Below are positions 11,852 to 23,100 of a DNA stretch of 64,000 nt, piece after piece. The position numbers were made by a program, and so were the translations under genes. This DNA is from Styela clava (lineage: Eukaryota), in the NCBI RefSeq assembly GCF_964204865.1, contig NC_135262.1:3534001-3598000 (forward strand). Reading direction: 5' to 3'. Under the pieces are notes generated by a model. It made no database searches. It had not been told where the DNA came from and worked only from the letters and a program-made list of their open reading frames with translations. Every line of letters begins with the position of its first letter. Within the stretch, counting starts at the first letter, position 1.

Positions 11852-12168
11852 TGTCGCTCAACTATTTTCTATCAATAATACGTATACAAAACTACAAAAT
11901 TTCTGCGGCCCGGTTTTTCACAAAAATATACTGCGCTTGGATATATTTCAGTGCTTTTAACTATGACATGGACAAACTACGGCCCAGGGGCCAATAGGTA
12001 AATTTCTCCAACGAAAGTTTGATGTTTCATCTAAAAAGAAAATAGCTCAGGAAATTCGTTGATATTGGTATTGCCAGTTGAGTAGCCAGTTGTGTATTGT
12101 ATTGATTAAAATTGATATGCTTGATTTCCTGATGTAAATTTGGGTAAATAAATTGGAGAAATACGGCA

Positions 12169-12270
12169 AATAAAACGTTGTGGAAGGTCAATTAAGACTT
12201 ACACTTTATCCACATACGTCTCATACAAGTCACCGTTTCTGATTAATATACCGGAGCATCTGGAAATAAA
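12169..12270 (+). terminator. Candidate polyadenylation signals of gene A
   Basis: AATAAA at 12169-12174 and 12265-12270, both retained in the inverted copy. Confidence 0.4.
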
Positions 12271-13151
12271 TGATGTGTAAATGTTCCACTTCTCGGGTCG
12301 TTATATACAAATTTTTATTAGAGAATATATGCATTTATGAGCGAATGACTGAGCCTAGTTCTGTTATTATTGCACGTAAATTTATACCCGTAAACTGCGC
12401 GTAACGTACTTTTTTGAAAACTTGAAATTCTTTTTGGATCCCAATGTCTACCCATTCGAACTACAGATTTTGGGATTTTTTGTAGAGTAAGGGTTGGGAA
12501 TGCAGATTGCGCTAAAAATTCAAATTTTCCAATTGTTCCAAAACTTGTTCCTAACCTGATACTTACTAATTACTCATCGATCTTAATCGGTAAGTATGTT
12601 GATAGGTATTTGTCTGTTTGTCTGTCTGATAGATGCACGCGATATCTCACGAAGTCGAGGTTGAATCTGCTCAGAACCAGAAGCCTATTGATTTTGGATG
12701 AATTATGTTGTATAATTAGCGAGTTATTATTTAATTAGTGATGGAACACGCGGTGTCACTATAGAGTCCTGAATAGAAACAGCAGTTTAGATCGATAAGT
12801 CTTCGGTCTCCGACCGATATTCTCGTTTGTTATTTTAAAACGTGACGCGGGTGCTTTTCCAAATCTCACATTTTTGCATTAGCGGCGGGGCTTTGAACAA
12901 AAGATCCCAGATTTGTTATTCTCTTGACTTTGAGTCCGGTTTCGGATCAATTAATTGGTGGAACCGAGCATTCAGATTCAGACATTTTCGCCATGCAAGA
13001 ATCAATATAGAACAAAACAACAAGAACTTTCTAGTCCATAATCTGCGTTGGATAATTATCAGAGTAATCAACGCGAAGTCATCGAGGTCTTATCAGTCAG
13101 CTTGCCGTGTGTGTGTTGCAAGGTTGCGCTCATTCACAGCATTTGGTTTTG

Positions 13152-13454
13152 TTACTTATCGATCTTATGATCGGTGAGTATGTTGATAGGTATTTCTCTG
13201 TCTGTTTGTTTGTCTGTTAGATGCATGCGATATCTCATGAAAGCGAGGTTGAATCTGCCCCAAATTTTGCATGTGCATTCACCATAGCTCGTACCAAAAG
13301 TCTATTGATTTTGGATGAATTATGTTGTATAATTAGCGAGTCAATAATTAATTGGTGATGGGGCACGCGGTGTCACTATAGAGTCAGAGTGAATGAATGG
13401 GGAACCCCTAACTTACATCGATAAGTCTCCGGTCTCCGACCGATATTCTCGTTT
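13152..13454 (+). mobile_element. HINE family 1 copy
   Basis: Same termini and GTCT microsatellite as 15255-15552. Confidence 0.8.
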
Positions 13455-13737
13455 ATATTATCATTTGTTATTTTAAAACGTGCATGTAGCAGGCTAGTAT
13501 GCTAATGTTGCATGAACTACCTGTAGTATCATGAAAATTGATTTCAGTCTGATGCTCATGACCCTGGTAAGTAACAGAACCATAACTCGTAGTAATAATA
13601 ACAAGTTAGTGCAGAAACATGGATGGGAAACTATAGGACTGCTTTCTTCAATAGTAATACGTCGGGCAGAATTGTTCACAGATATTGGTGCTGATGATTA
13701 AAAGTTATTTTTGATCCCTAGCTGACAATATTGAATA

Positions 13738-14031
13738 AATGAGAATAACGATCAGAGACCGAAGACTTATTGATCGGAAGTTAGGGGATCCCACAAAACA
13801 GCGCTTCTACTCCATAGTGTCACCTTGTGTCCCATCACTAACTAATTAATAACTCGCTAATTATACGACATATTTCATCCAAAATCAGTAGGTTTCTGGT
13901 CCGACATATGATGAATGCACATGCAAAATCTGGAGCAGATTCAATTTCGCTTTCGTGAGATATCGCGTGCAACTAACAGAAAGACAGACAAATACCTATC
14001 AACTTACTTACCGATTAAAATCGATAAGTAA
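13738..14031 (-). mobile_element. HINE family 1 copy (opposite orientation)
   Basis: gagaccgaagacttat...acaaatacctatcaacttacttaccgattaaaatcgataagtaa. Confidence 0.8.
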
Positions 14032-14334
14032 TAAAGCTTTTGTTAAAGTCGTTATTGATTGAAAAGGCTTTGATGTTGGTGAAAATTATATTCTCACATC
14101 GTTTTGATTTTAACACGCTTACCATTAGTTCCTGTTAACTTGATTCCGATGAGATTTACGATAGGATTGAATACGCTGAATTTTCATTTATCGCTTTAGG
14201 AAGAAAATCCAACGCGGCGGTTCAATGACACGGCGAACCACGGCCTCTTGACGGATTATGGTGTGTATGAATGAACTGAAGTTTTACTTTACTTTTAATC
14301 GAAACGATCTCAAATGCTGGGGTATAGACTAGAC

Positions 14335-14730
14335 CAGGGGTCGGCAACCTTTTGTAGCTCGCGGGCCAAAATTAGGGCTGCAAGTCATTGGCGGGCCGCA
14401 CATATTTTTAGAAAGTTGAAAAACCGAACGAATGGTACTTTTTATAATAAAAATCAAACAGTGATACATCTCTCGAATAGAATATAGATTTATTTTCTCA
14501 TTGCATCTCATAAAATTCCATCTGAATATTTTCGTCGCCATTGAACCCTTTGCACTTAGTTTATGCGTTTTGTTGCCATTTGCTTAATTATAATTAAATT
14601 ATAGGATTATTAAACGAGTAATTGTGCATTATATAATTGTTAGGTTATAATATAATTTAGTCTAAAGAATATATTCGTCAAAACTGATGTTTTGTTACTA
14701 TAATTTAGTGAAGTGCCGCGCCGACCCCTG
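14335..14730. mobile_element. hAT-type MITE with perfect 8-bp TSD GACTAGAC
   Basis: TIR caggggtcggc...gccgacccctg flanked by gactagac on both sides. Confidence 0.88.
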
Positions 14731-14948
14731 GACTAGACTAAAATCAGATGCTAGTGCTTTGAATGCCAAGTGGTCGAGCAGTTTAGAACGAAATGCTTGT
14801 TCGTAAATGTAAACCAGGTCGTGGGTGCTAACCTACGCCAAACGTACATTGCTTAGGTATTGGTATTTAAAATCTCATTTCGCAATATCGCACGCACTCT
14901 GTTGTGATTTTTCAGCCCAACGTCCAATCGAACAAAGCTCAGAGAGAC

Positions 14949-15110
14949 GGCGTGTCTGATTAGACCGTTTTTGGTCCAATCAACGTTCAGGTGGCGGGCA
15001 TGTATGATTGGACTGTTTTTAGTCCATTCAACGTTCATATGGCGGGCGTGTCTGATTAGACTGTTTTTGGTCCAATCAACGTTCAGATGGCGGGCGTGTC
15101 TGATTCGACT
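14949..15110. repeat. 48-bp tandem repeat, about 3.3 copies
   Basis: Unit ggcgtgtctgattagactgtttttggtccaatcaacgttcagatggcg; explains the repetitive ORFs 14853-15239 and 14971-15192. Confidence 0.9.
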
Positions 15111-15254
15111 GTTCGATATGGAGTTGCCGACGTCACGTGGCACACCCAATGGTGGAAATGCGCATTCCGTTGATCGCTTCACCCGTAAGTGATGCACGGT
15201 AGTAACGCATCGAAACGGGTTAGCTGTGTTAAGTTGCAATCATTTAGCAACTTG

Positions 15255-15552
15255 TTACTTATCGATTTAAATTGGTAAGTATGTTGATAGGTATTTGTCT
15301 GTTTGTCTGTCTGTTAGATGCACGCGATATCTCACGAACGCGAGATTGAATCTGTTCAAGATTTTGCATGTGCATCCATTATATGTCGTACCAGGAGCCT
15401 ATTGATTTGAATGAATTATGTCGTATAATTAGCGATAAATTAATTAATTAGTGATGGGACACAAGGTGTCAGTATGGAGTAAGAGCGCTATTTTGGGGGA
15501 TCCCCTAACTTTCGATCGATAAGTCTTCGGTCTCTGACCTATATTCTCGTTT
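15255..15552 (+). mobile_element. HINE family 1 (non-autonomous Helentron/DINE-1-like); further copies about 15-302(-), 12566-12827, 13152-13454, 13738-14031(-), 29254-29700(-, partial/tandem), 29793-30170(-)
   Basis: 5' TTACTTATCGAT subterminal IR with a nearby partial IR, (GTCT/GTTT)n microsatellite, 3' GATCGATAAGTC IR, then hairpin TCGGTC-TCC-GACCGA (perfect at 12803-12817) and a T-rich end; no TSD evident. Confidence 0.8.
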
Positions 15553-16067
15553 TATTGTTTCACTTGAATAAGTAGCACTACTATATATAACACGTTGCAA
15601 AGTCAAAGCCTTATTCGAAGATATCGACTATTTAAAAATACAATCGTGTCATTCGTGATACGCAAAGATGTCGAAAAACTCTCAGGTAAGTAGTATCAAC
15701 ATTATATTCAGACTGATAGATTCATGCTACTTGGCCGAAGTCGCACTTTAACTGCGCGTTAGGAATATAAGACATCTCACTCTGCCAGAATTCAGTTCAA
15801 ATCTCACTATTTTACTTATGTCTTGTATCATTGCTGAATTCCACGCGCTTCTTTAAGGTAGTTCAGGCGAATGCATGCCATTGATAGCGTTCCATCAAGT
15901 CTATGCATTTGTGACTCCTAACTGAAATGGTAGCCGACGAGAGGCTTTGGTTCTGGATACGATATAGGTCGTAAGACTCGTAATGTTAGCTTCCTTTCCC
16001 GGAATAAATCTGAAAATATTGTATTGCAAAGTATGTAAATTACGTTCAAATTCCAAATAAGTTAGAT

Positions 16068-16380
16068 CAGGGCTACTCAACTGGCGGACCGCGGTCCAAA
16101 TCCGGACCTTTCGGGTATTTAATTCGGATCGCTTCAAATTCTTTATTTGAAATTATCAGCCGCAATTTTGTTTTCTTTTTTTATAAAATCCCTCTTATAA
16201 AATTAAATATATATGAAAATAACTAGAACACCACAACAAACAATCTTGATTAGCTAATAATCATTAGTCGGCCGAGGAAGTGCGTGTTTAAGGGTGCCGA
16301 AATATCATTTCTGGAAAGACTGGACCCAAATATTTTTGAAGTTCTGTATGCGGATCTTCGGTAAAAATAGTTGAGCCCTG
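16068..16380. mobile_element. hAT-type MITE; similar elements 43277-43506, 50028-50328
   Basis: cagggctactcaact...agttgagccctg; TSD agttagat/agttagtt. Confidence 0.75.
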
Positions 16381-17322
16381 AGTTAGTTGACATCTGCTCC
16401 TGCGCCATAGACTTTAATAAATTACTCCTTTACCGTTTACAGAAGCCGAAGAACATTTACACTTTAGTCTGTCACACATATTTATGTTATCATGGGCTGG
16501 CTGAATGACTCGTCAGCTACGTTGGTGTAAATGGTAATTGTTGCTTAATTACTGCCTACTCTTCTATTTATTCGAAAAATCGCTTAGCAGAACGTTTCAA
16601 TTTCAATCAAGAGGACTAACGATTTTTAGGACCTCCTGAAGTATGCGCACCAAGATGGCGTACAACCTGAACTCAGGTTGTGTACCTGATTAGGGTTCAG
16701 GTTGTGCAACATCTTGGTGCGCATACTTCAGGAATACCGTTTTTTACAATTGCATTCTAATCGAATGACAATATTGACTGTTCAAGAAGGCTGGTGGCAA
16801 TGACATTATCCAACTACGGTAAGATACAAAAATAAATATAATGATTGTTGAATTTATAAACCACCACAACGTACTTTGTTCATGTTATTATTTGTTCATT
16901 CGTATTGTTTACCAACAGCCGAAATGAATGAACAAATTCACCACAATCAAAAAAAAACTCGTAAAAAAATCTCTAATATTAGAGTGTCAAAGAAAACGGG
17001 CGACGACATCAACCAACCGAGGGGAGATAATTCAATAAAAAAAATAATTGTTCATTCAATGCGGATAAGTTTCTAAAATGTTTTTAAATGCCTCCACGCT
17101 ATTGGTTTAAACAAGGCTCTGTAAAAACAACATTCAATTATACCATATATCGAGACATTATCGTTTATTATGGCCTTATTATGTTTATTCCTTTTCGAGC
17201 CTTTCTAGGCAGGGCTTAAAATTTTATGGTCTCCTAAATTAAATCGGTCACCTATATGGAGCACTTAAACACACGATACTGAAGCGTAGCTTCTTGTATT
17301 AACTTACATTTGAATGGGACTA

Positions 17323-17626
17323 CAGGGAGTCCTCGACTGACGACGTTGTTCCGTTCTCGAGACGCGATGTAACCCGAATTTCAGTGTCGGAACATTATAC
17401 TGTACAGTACATAAATTACTCTATACATATCGTACTGTATTGTAAAGTATGGTACAGTAATAAAATGTACAAATAATGCAAAAAATTACTTTATTAAAAA
17501 ACATATATCACATGAATGAAAGCAAATACTGTACAGTACAATATTATCTTTTATATTTTTTTATGGATTGCGTTCGTAACCTCGAAACAGCTTAAGTCGC
17601 AACCGTCGTAACCAGAGCACTCCCTG
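17323..17626. mobile_element. Tc1/pogo (Tigger-like) MITE, TA TSD
   Basis: ta|cagggagtcctcgactgacgacg...cgtcgtaaccagagcactccctg|ta. Confidence 0.78.
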
Positions 17627-17790
17627 TATTGCTTATTGCATGGTAGGCCATAGTACAGGAGTGCCTTCGAATTGGAGGATGAAGCAGACGAAAGACTTTG
17701 GAAGGTACAATAGATTCTCTCTGGTGTAATAAAAGGCAATAAATCCCAAATTTGTTCACGTGAATGGTCTGAATACATTTTTAAATCATT

Positions 17791-18326
17791 TATTAGGCTT
17801 CCCGCTGCTTGTCAGCAGGGAACCTATTGTATTCCTGTGTTTTATTATTATTTATTTTTATTATTTTTTTTCAAATTGGTCCTACAAACTTGAAATTCGC
17901 CTCAAATGTGCAGAAGTTCTCAGCTAGCAATAAAATGCAAATTTTATGCATGACTGACCACGCTTTCACGCTCCAGTGAGCAAAACGCGTCTTCAGTTTT
18001 TTTGCGATTTCTCAAAATTGATACATGCTATTGGGTTGAAATTCATAACAATGATTAATGGACATGTTTCGGATACGATATGTCAAGGATACGCATGAGT
18101 GACCTCGGCGATACGCTCCAGTGAGCAATATAGGATTTTCATCTTCTTCTCGAGAACGACACTACTTAGAGACTTGAAATTTACATCACATGCAGATAAT
18201 AAGTCCCCCATCATAAATTGCAAATTTTATGCATGACTGACCACGCTTTCACGCTCCAGTGAGCAAAACGCGTCTTCAGTTTTTTTTACGCGGGAAGCCT
18301 GTTAAAGCTGCACGTAGCTCTAGTTT
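17791..18326 (+). mobile_element. HINE-like family 2 with internal ~65 bp direct repeats
   Basis: Subterminal IR aggcttcccgc...gcgggaagcct, (TTA)n tract, 3' hairpin agctgc-ac-gtagct followed by ctagttt; direct repeat 17937-18002 / 18219-18285. Confidence 0.6.
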
Positions 18327-19840
18327 AGATTTGATATTCGAATTTATAAAAACTATTGGTCACTATTGCGCTTAGAGAGGAGAAGTTTTCAATTGATATT
18401 GACAAAGGATTCTATTTGTTGAAGCTCGAGTCAATGTTGCCAAGCCCGGTAGCACTAAGCTACTAGTGAGGTAGTAAGTCTAAGGTGAATCGTAGTTGAT
18501 TACTTTAGTAACGCACACAATTGTATTGAGAATTTTGCCTTTGGGTCCCGCAAACCACGTGAAAACGCGATGGTGGTAAAACAAATTTCAAATATTTTGG
18601 CCAACTGCGCACCAAAGCAAAATCGCCTATTGTAAATGTTTTCTTAGTTCTTGGGCAACCCAGGGTTTTGTCAGGCCGATCAGCTTTATTACAGAGCTTC
18701 GTCCGGCGTTTGTAAACAGGCTCAAGACTGCAATATTTGAGTCGGTGTTTTAAATACAGGGTGAGTAAACACCCGCGCTTTGATCTAGATAGCCTAACCC
18801 CCTGGTGCTTTCACCATTTAGCTAGGATTCACTCAACGTAGCGTAGCGAAATCGCCCGCGCACACAAAACACAGGATTGGTTAGAAAAAGCTGACCTTAA
18901 GCAGGTTGGAATGTTTAGGGAGCGCTTCGTTCATTGCAATAATATACGAGGTCGGCGCTAATAGATTTCGTCAATCTATGGATGAAAATTGATTGTCGCT
19001 GGGTTTTTATAGATGAGTGTTTGAGGTATATGTAGTTAGCTTCTTAGTTAGGAATAGATAGGAATAAATGTGAAGAGTGATTATCACACCCACTGTTGTC
19101 TCTTCTTGCGACTTCAAGTTGGGTTTGATAATTTAGTTTTCACAGTTCTAGGAACGCTTTACGGGAATAAATGATGTATTGGTTCCCAAACGTCTTGTTT
19201 GGGGATCAAACTGTTGTAGTACACTAATTGTTAGAAGAAATATCAGCCGAACTGCTTTTTTGTTAGCTAAAAATTTCAAGGTGGTAATCGTAGTGCAATG
19301 CTGTAATAAGTAGATGGGAGTTTCATAGATATGGAAAATGCGGGTCATTATAAACCTCGTTTTTCCTTTCATATCTACTGTCAATAACTGTATTCCGAAA
19401 TACAAAATTTACATATACGTGATGAGTCCATCTTTAATTTTTCAGTTTATTTGTACTATTTTACACACCAGTGGTTCTAAATGGAACATAAATATCCAAA
19501 ATAAATCCAACAAAATCGAATCTAACAAATATTTATATTTTTAATTAACTTCACGCTTCCTTAGAAAATTATCTACGCCCCCTCGTGGGTCGCACCACAC
19601 CTTCTGAGAACCACTGTTATACATCATTAATATCATTGGTTTATTATGTTGAACATTGTTATTGTATGTATATATTTGGGCGCTCCCGTATTATTTGTAC
19701 CTAGATGGCGCACAACCTGCTAACCCTAACCCGGTACACATACTGTAATCAGGTTGTGCGCCATCTTGGTACAGATACTACCGCCCGGAGAACCTATATT
19801 TGTACAAATTGAACTGATCTGGGAACATATGGTATAGAAG

Positions 19841-20166
19841 CTATTCACAGATAACAGAAGCACCTTTGCCATGGTAGCAAATTATTTTGCCGATATTTTG
19901 AATACCGATATTACATTCGGAGAAAGTGTTCTCAGTGCCTTTGCAATTAGCAACATAAATCCAAATCCGCCCGCTTCCTTTTCCAAAAAGCGCGCCTTTC
20001 AGCGCAGATGTTGCCTTTTTGAATCCTAAAGTGCGGCAAACAACATTCGCATCTTTCATGTCCCAATGATCATCACAAAAAGTTCCCCATTCTCCGTGAT
20101 AATAGATTTCAACTCTTCCTTCCTTGTCTGAATTTCCACCAACGATTCTTAGTTGTCCATCTCCAA
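19841..20166 (-). CDS. Gene B terminal SRCR exon
   Basis: ttacag acceptor at 20167-20169; canonical SRCR motifs, 6 Cys, TAG stop. Confidence 0.92.
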
Positions 20167-23100
20167 CTGTAACAAACAAAAGCATGTATTAGTGAACGCC
20201 CTATGTTTCTTCATTTCTTCAAGTTGTTCCATTGAATATTTAAAATTTGTCAAAACTCCGTTGACGTGAATTGAGATTTGGAGACAAACAATAGCTGAAT
20301 ATTTTTGCCGATTTATTTTTTTGTCTAAAATTGTCAGAATGAAAGATTCGGAGCTTAATTGAATGAATAAATATAGGCGACTTTTAATCATTACAACACT
20401 CCAAATGATGTTCTTTGGTTGATTTGTATTCCGTGAATTTACTATTACCAATGTAGCGTAGTAAATCTCGTAATAGATAAAGACACACCTTTGCAATTCC
20501 TTCCGTCACCGGTGTATGGTTTCTTGCATGTGCATTTATATCGATGAAAATCAACTTGTTCACATTCTGCATGCTCATGACATAAATTTGATAGGCAAGG
20601 TCCGATTGGTAACTCTGCTGCATTATTTAGAAATAAATATATTAGTCTGTAAGATTCTTTTATGTTTTAATTCCATTATGGGCCCCTATTAAAATACCGC
20701 AGAAAAGTCTCACTTCTGCAATCCATTCCGTTGCCAATGTATGGTTTCTTGCATCTGCATTGATAACGATTAGAACCAACGTTTTCGCATTCTGCTTGCT
20801 TATGACATTGATTTGAGCAAGGAAAAGTACCTGCAACATGTATAAATGACTGACTATATTACCTTTTCAGAAAATGTTTCTATAATGCGCCCTAATTAAA
20901 ATGCGATTATTAAAATCGCACAGAAAATTTTTAATACTTATACATATATATGATTACTTCTAACTTGGTTTAATGGAACCTTTTTTTTTCTGAGTTCGAC
21001 TGCTTCAATAAAGTCTTGCAAGATTAAATATCAAAATTATGCGCTCATTAAACAACCAATAAAAATACAGACCAACTTCAGATGTATTTTCATATTTATG
21101 ATTTAGGAAGACACAAATTTTCTTAATAGATTGTTTATTTTATCAAGGTGTTCATTTTAATATAAACCAATATACAGTCTTCTTTCTTTTTGATTAAACG
21201 TGTTATATAGCGTGTCTAAAAAAATTTACAAAGGCAATTTATCGATACACTATATTGTTTGGGTCCCCACAAATGTATTTAAATGAATTAAAAATACTTG
21301 CACATTTACCGATTGAAGTGAAACTTTGTGGACCCTTTCTGCAAACTGATATCCCGTCACCAACATATGGTTTCTTGCATTCACATCTATATTGACTGGA
21401 ACCAACATTTTGGCAATCTGCTAGTTTATGACACGGATTTGAAGTGCAGGGTAGGCGAAGGATACCTGTAATGTGTCAGATAAACTTTATTGTTTTGTGC
21501 AAAGTATTTTTGATTTAAGACATAAATTCTCTTTATAGATTATTTATTGCATCAAGGTATTCATTTTAATATGAACCAATATACAGTATGAGGCGTGAGC
21601 TGTCTAAACTTCTTTCTTGTTGAGGGGCCAATAAAATATTGAAGTTGCAAAGGGAATTTATCGATACCATATATTGTTTCGGCCCTCACAGATGTATTAA
21701 AATGAAATAAAAATACTTAAAACAACAAACGCTTTATGGACACTCTGTATATCTCATCCACACAGCGACTTTTATAGAACTTGTATCCAGTCTGTTAATT
21801 ATCTTATAACACTATAAATACCACTGGAATAATAAACAATAGGGGCAATGAGTGCTAAAAACTTCCTGGAGGGAGACACGAGCCACAAAGTTTGGGAACC
21901 ACGATATTATTGGTTTAGTGACTTATACGGTCCATTCAACGTGTACTTTTACAACAGAACAAATATTTACCAACACAACGATTGTTTTGTAACGTATATC
22001 CTGGTGCGCACTTGCAAACTCCTTTTCCATTGACATTAGAACATTTTCGATTGCGTTGACATTTTACTGTTGAACATGGATTAATATCTAAAAAAGAAGC
22101 AAGAAAAGTGTGAAGCAAGAAAATACAATGTTCAATAAAATGTGACGGCGTTCCGGAAATGTGTGTACCATAATGGAGGTAACTAATTCTGTTCGCCTAC
22201 TTTACATCAAGTTGCGTAAAAAGACTAAAATCTATGGGCAGGGGGTATATTCACTTGGCTAACACAGACAGTCCCCGATCTCGTAGTAGAACTAAAATAA
22301 GGAGAATCGGAATAAAATTATGGCCTAACCCTAAACTGGTACACTACTACTCTTTCGACAACTATACTTTATATTTTCAGACACCATCATTAATTACTTC
22401 TTCAAATTTACGAGAATACAAAATTTAGTGCGGCATGTAACTATATATTTTAATGTAAGTGTTCAACCAAGTATTGTTGTATCGCAGTAATTAGCGAAAT
22501 GTGTGACGGAAATTGCTCAAAACAAAAGTTCAAATATTAAAAATACTCTTATTAAAATACCTATAGGGCTTGGTTTCTGCGAATCCAACTCATTCTTCAA
22601 CTTTTCAATTTCTTTGGTTTGATCTTTGTTAACCTGACGAAGATTGTACATGTCTACACGGAAAACATTTATTTCTCTGAGGAGGTTTTTTGTTTCTTTC
22701 CGAGATTCATTGATTTCTGAATGAATACGCGAGTTTAAAGAGAGCCAAAGCAGTGGTTCTCAACTTTTTTTATTTCCGTGGCCCGCTTTTGTTGCACGGA
22801 AAATTCGGACCTCCAGAAGTATGTGCACCAAGATGGCACACAACCTGAACACAGTATGTGTACCAGGTTAGGATTCAGATTGTGCGCCATTTTGGTGCAC
22901 ATACTTCGAGAGTGCCGAAAATTCTGTCGCTTATTGAAATCCATATGCAAGACTACCAGAAAAACAAAAAAAACTATTTGCAAAGATACCCACTTTTATT
23001 GTAATAATTAAAATGAGAATGGCCACTCGTAGCAAAAACAGCCTCATCATTCATTGCTGCTACAAACAAAGTTTAGCAATTTTTATTAGGTTTCCGGCCC

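Larger units (their letters stand above)
8923..12842. repeat. Right arm of the inverted duplication
   Basis: Reverse complement of 1-4179 with substitutions and arm-specific insertions. Confidence 0.95.

Noticed and set aside
14853-15239. 128-aa ORF with repeated IRHARHLNVDWTKN
   Set aside because: Translation of a 48-bp (frame-preserving) minisatellite; no gene structure.
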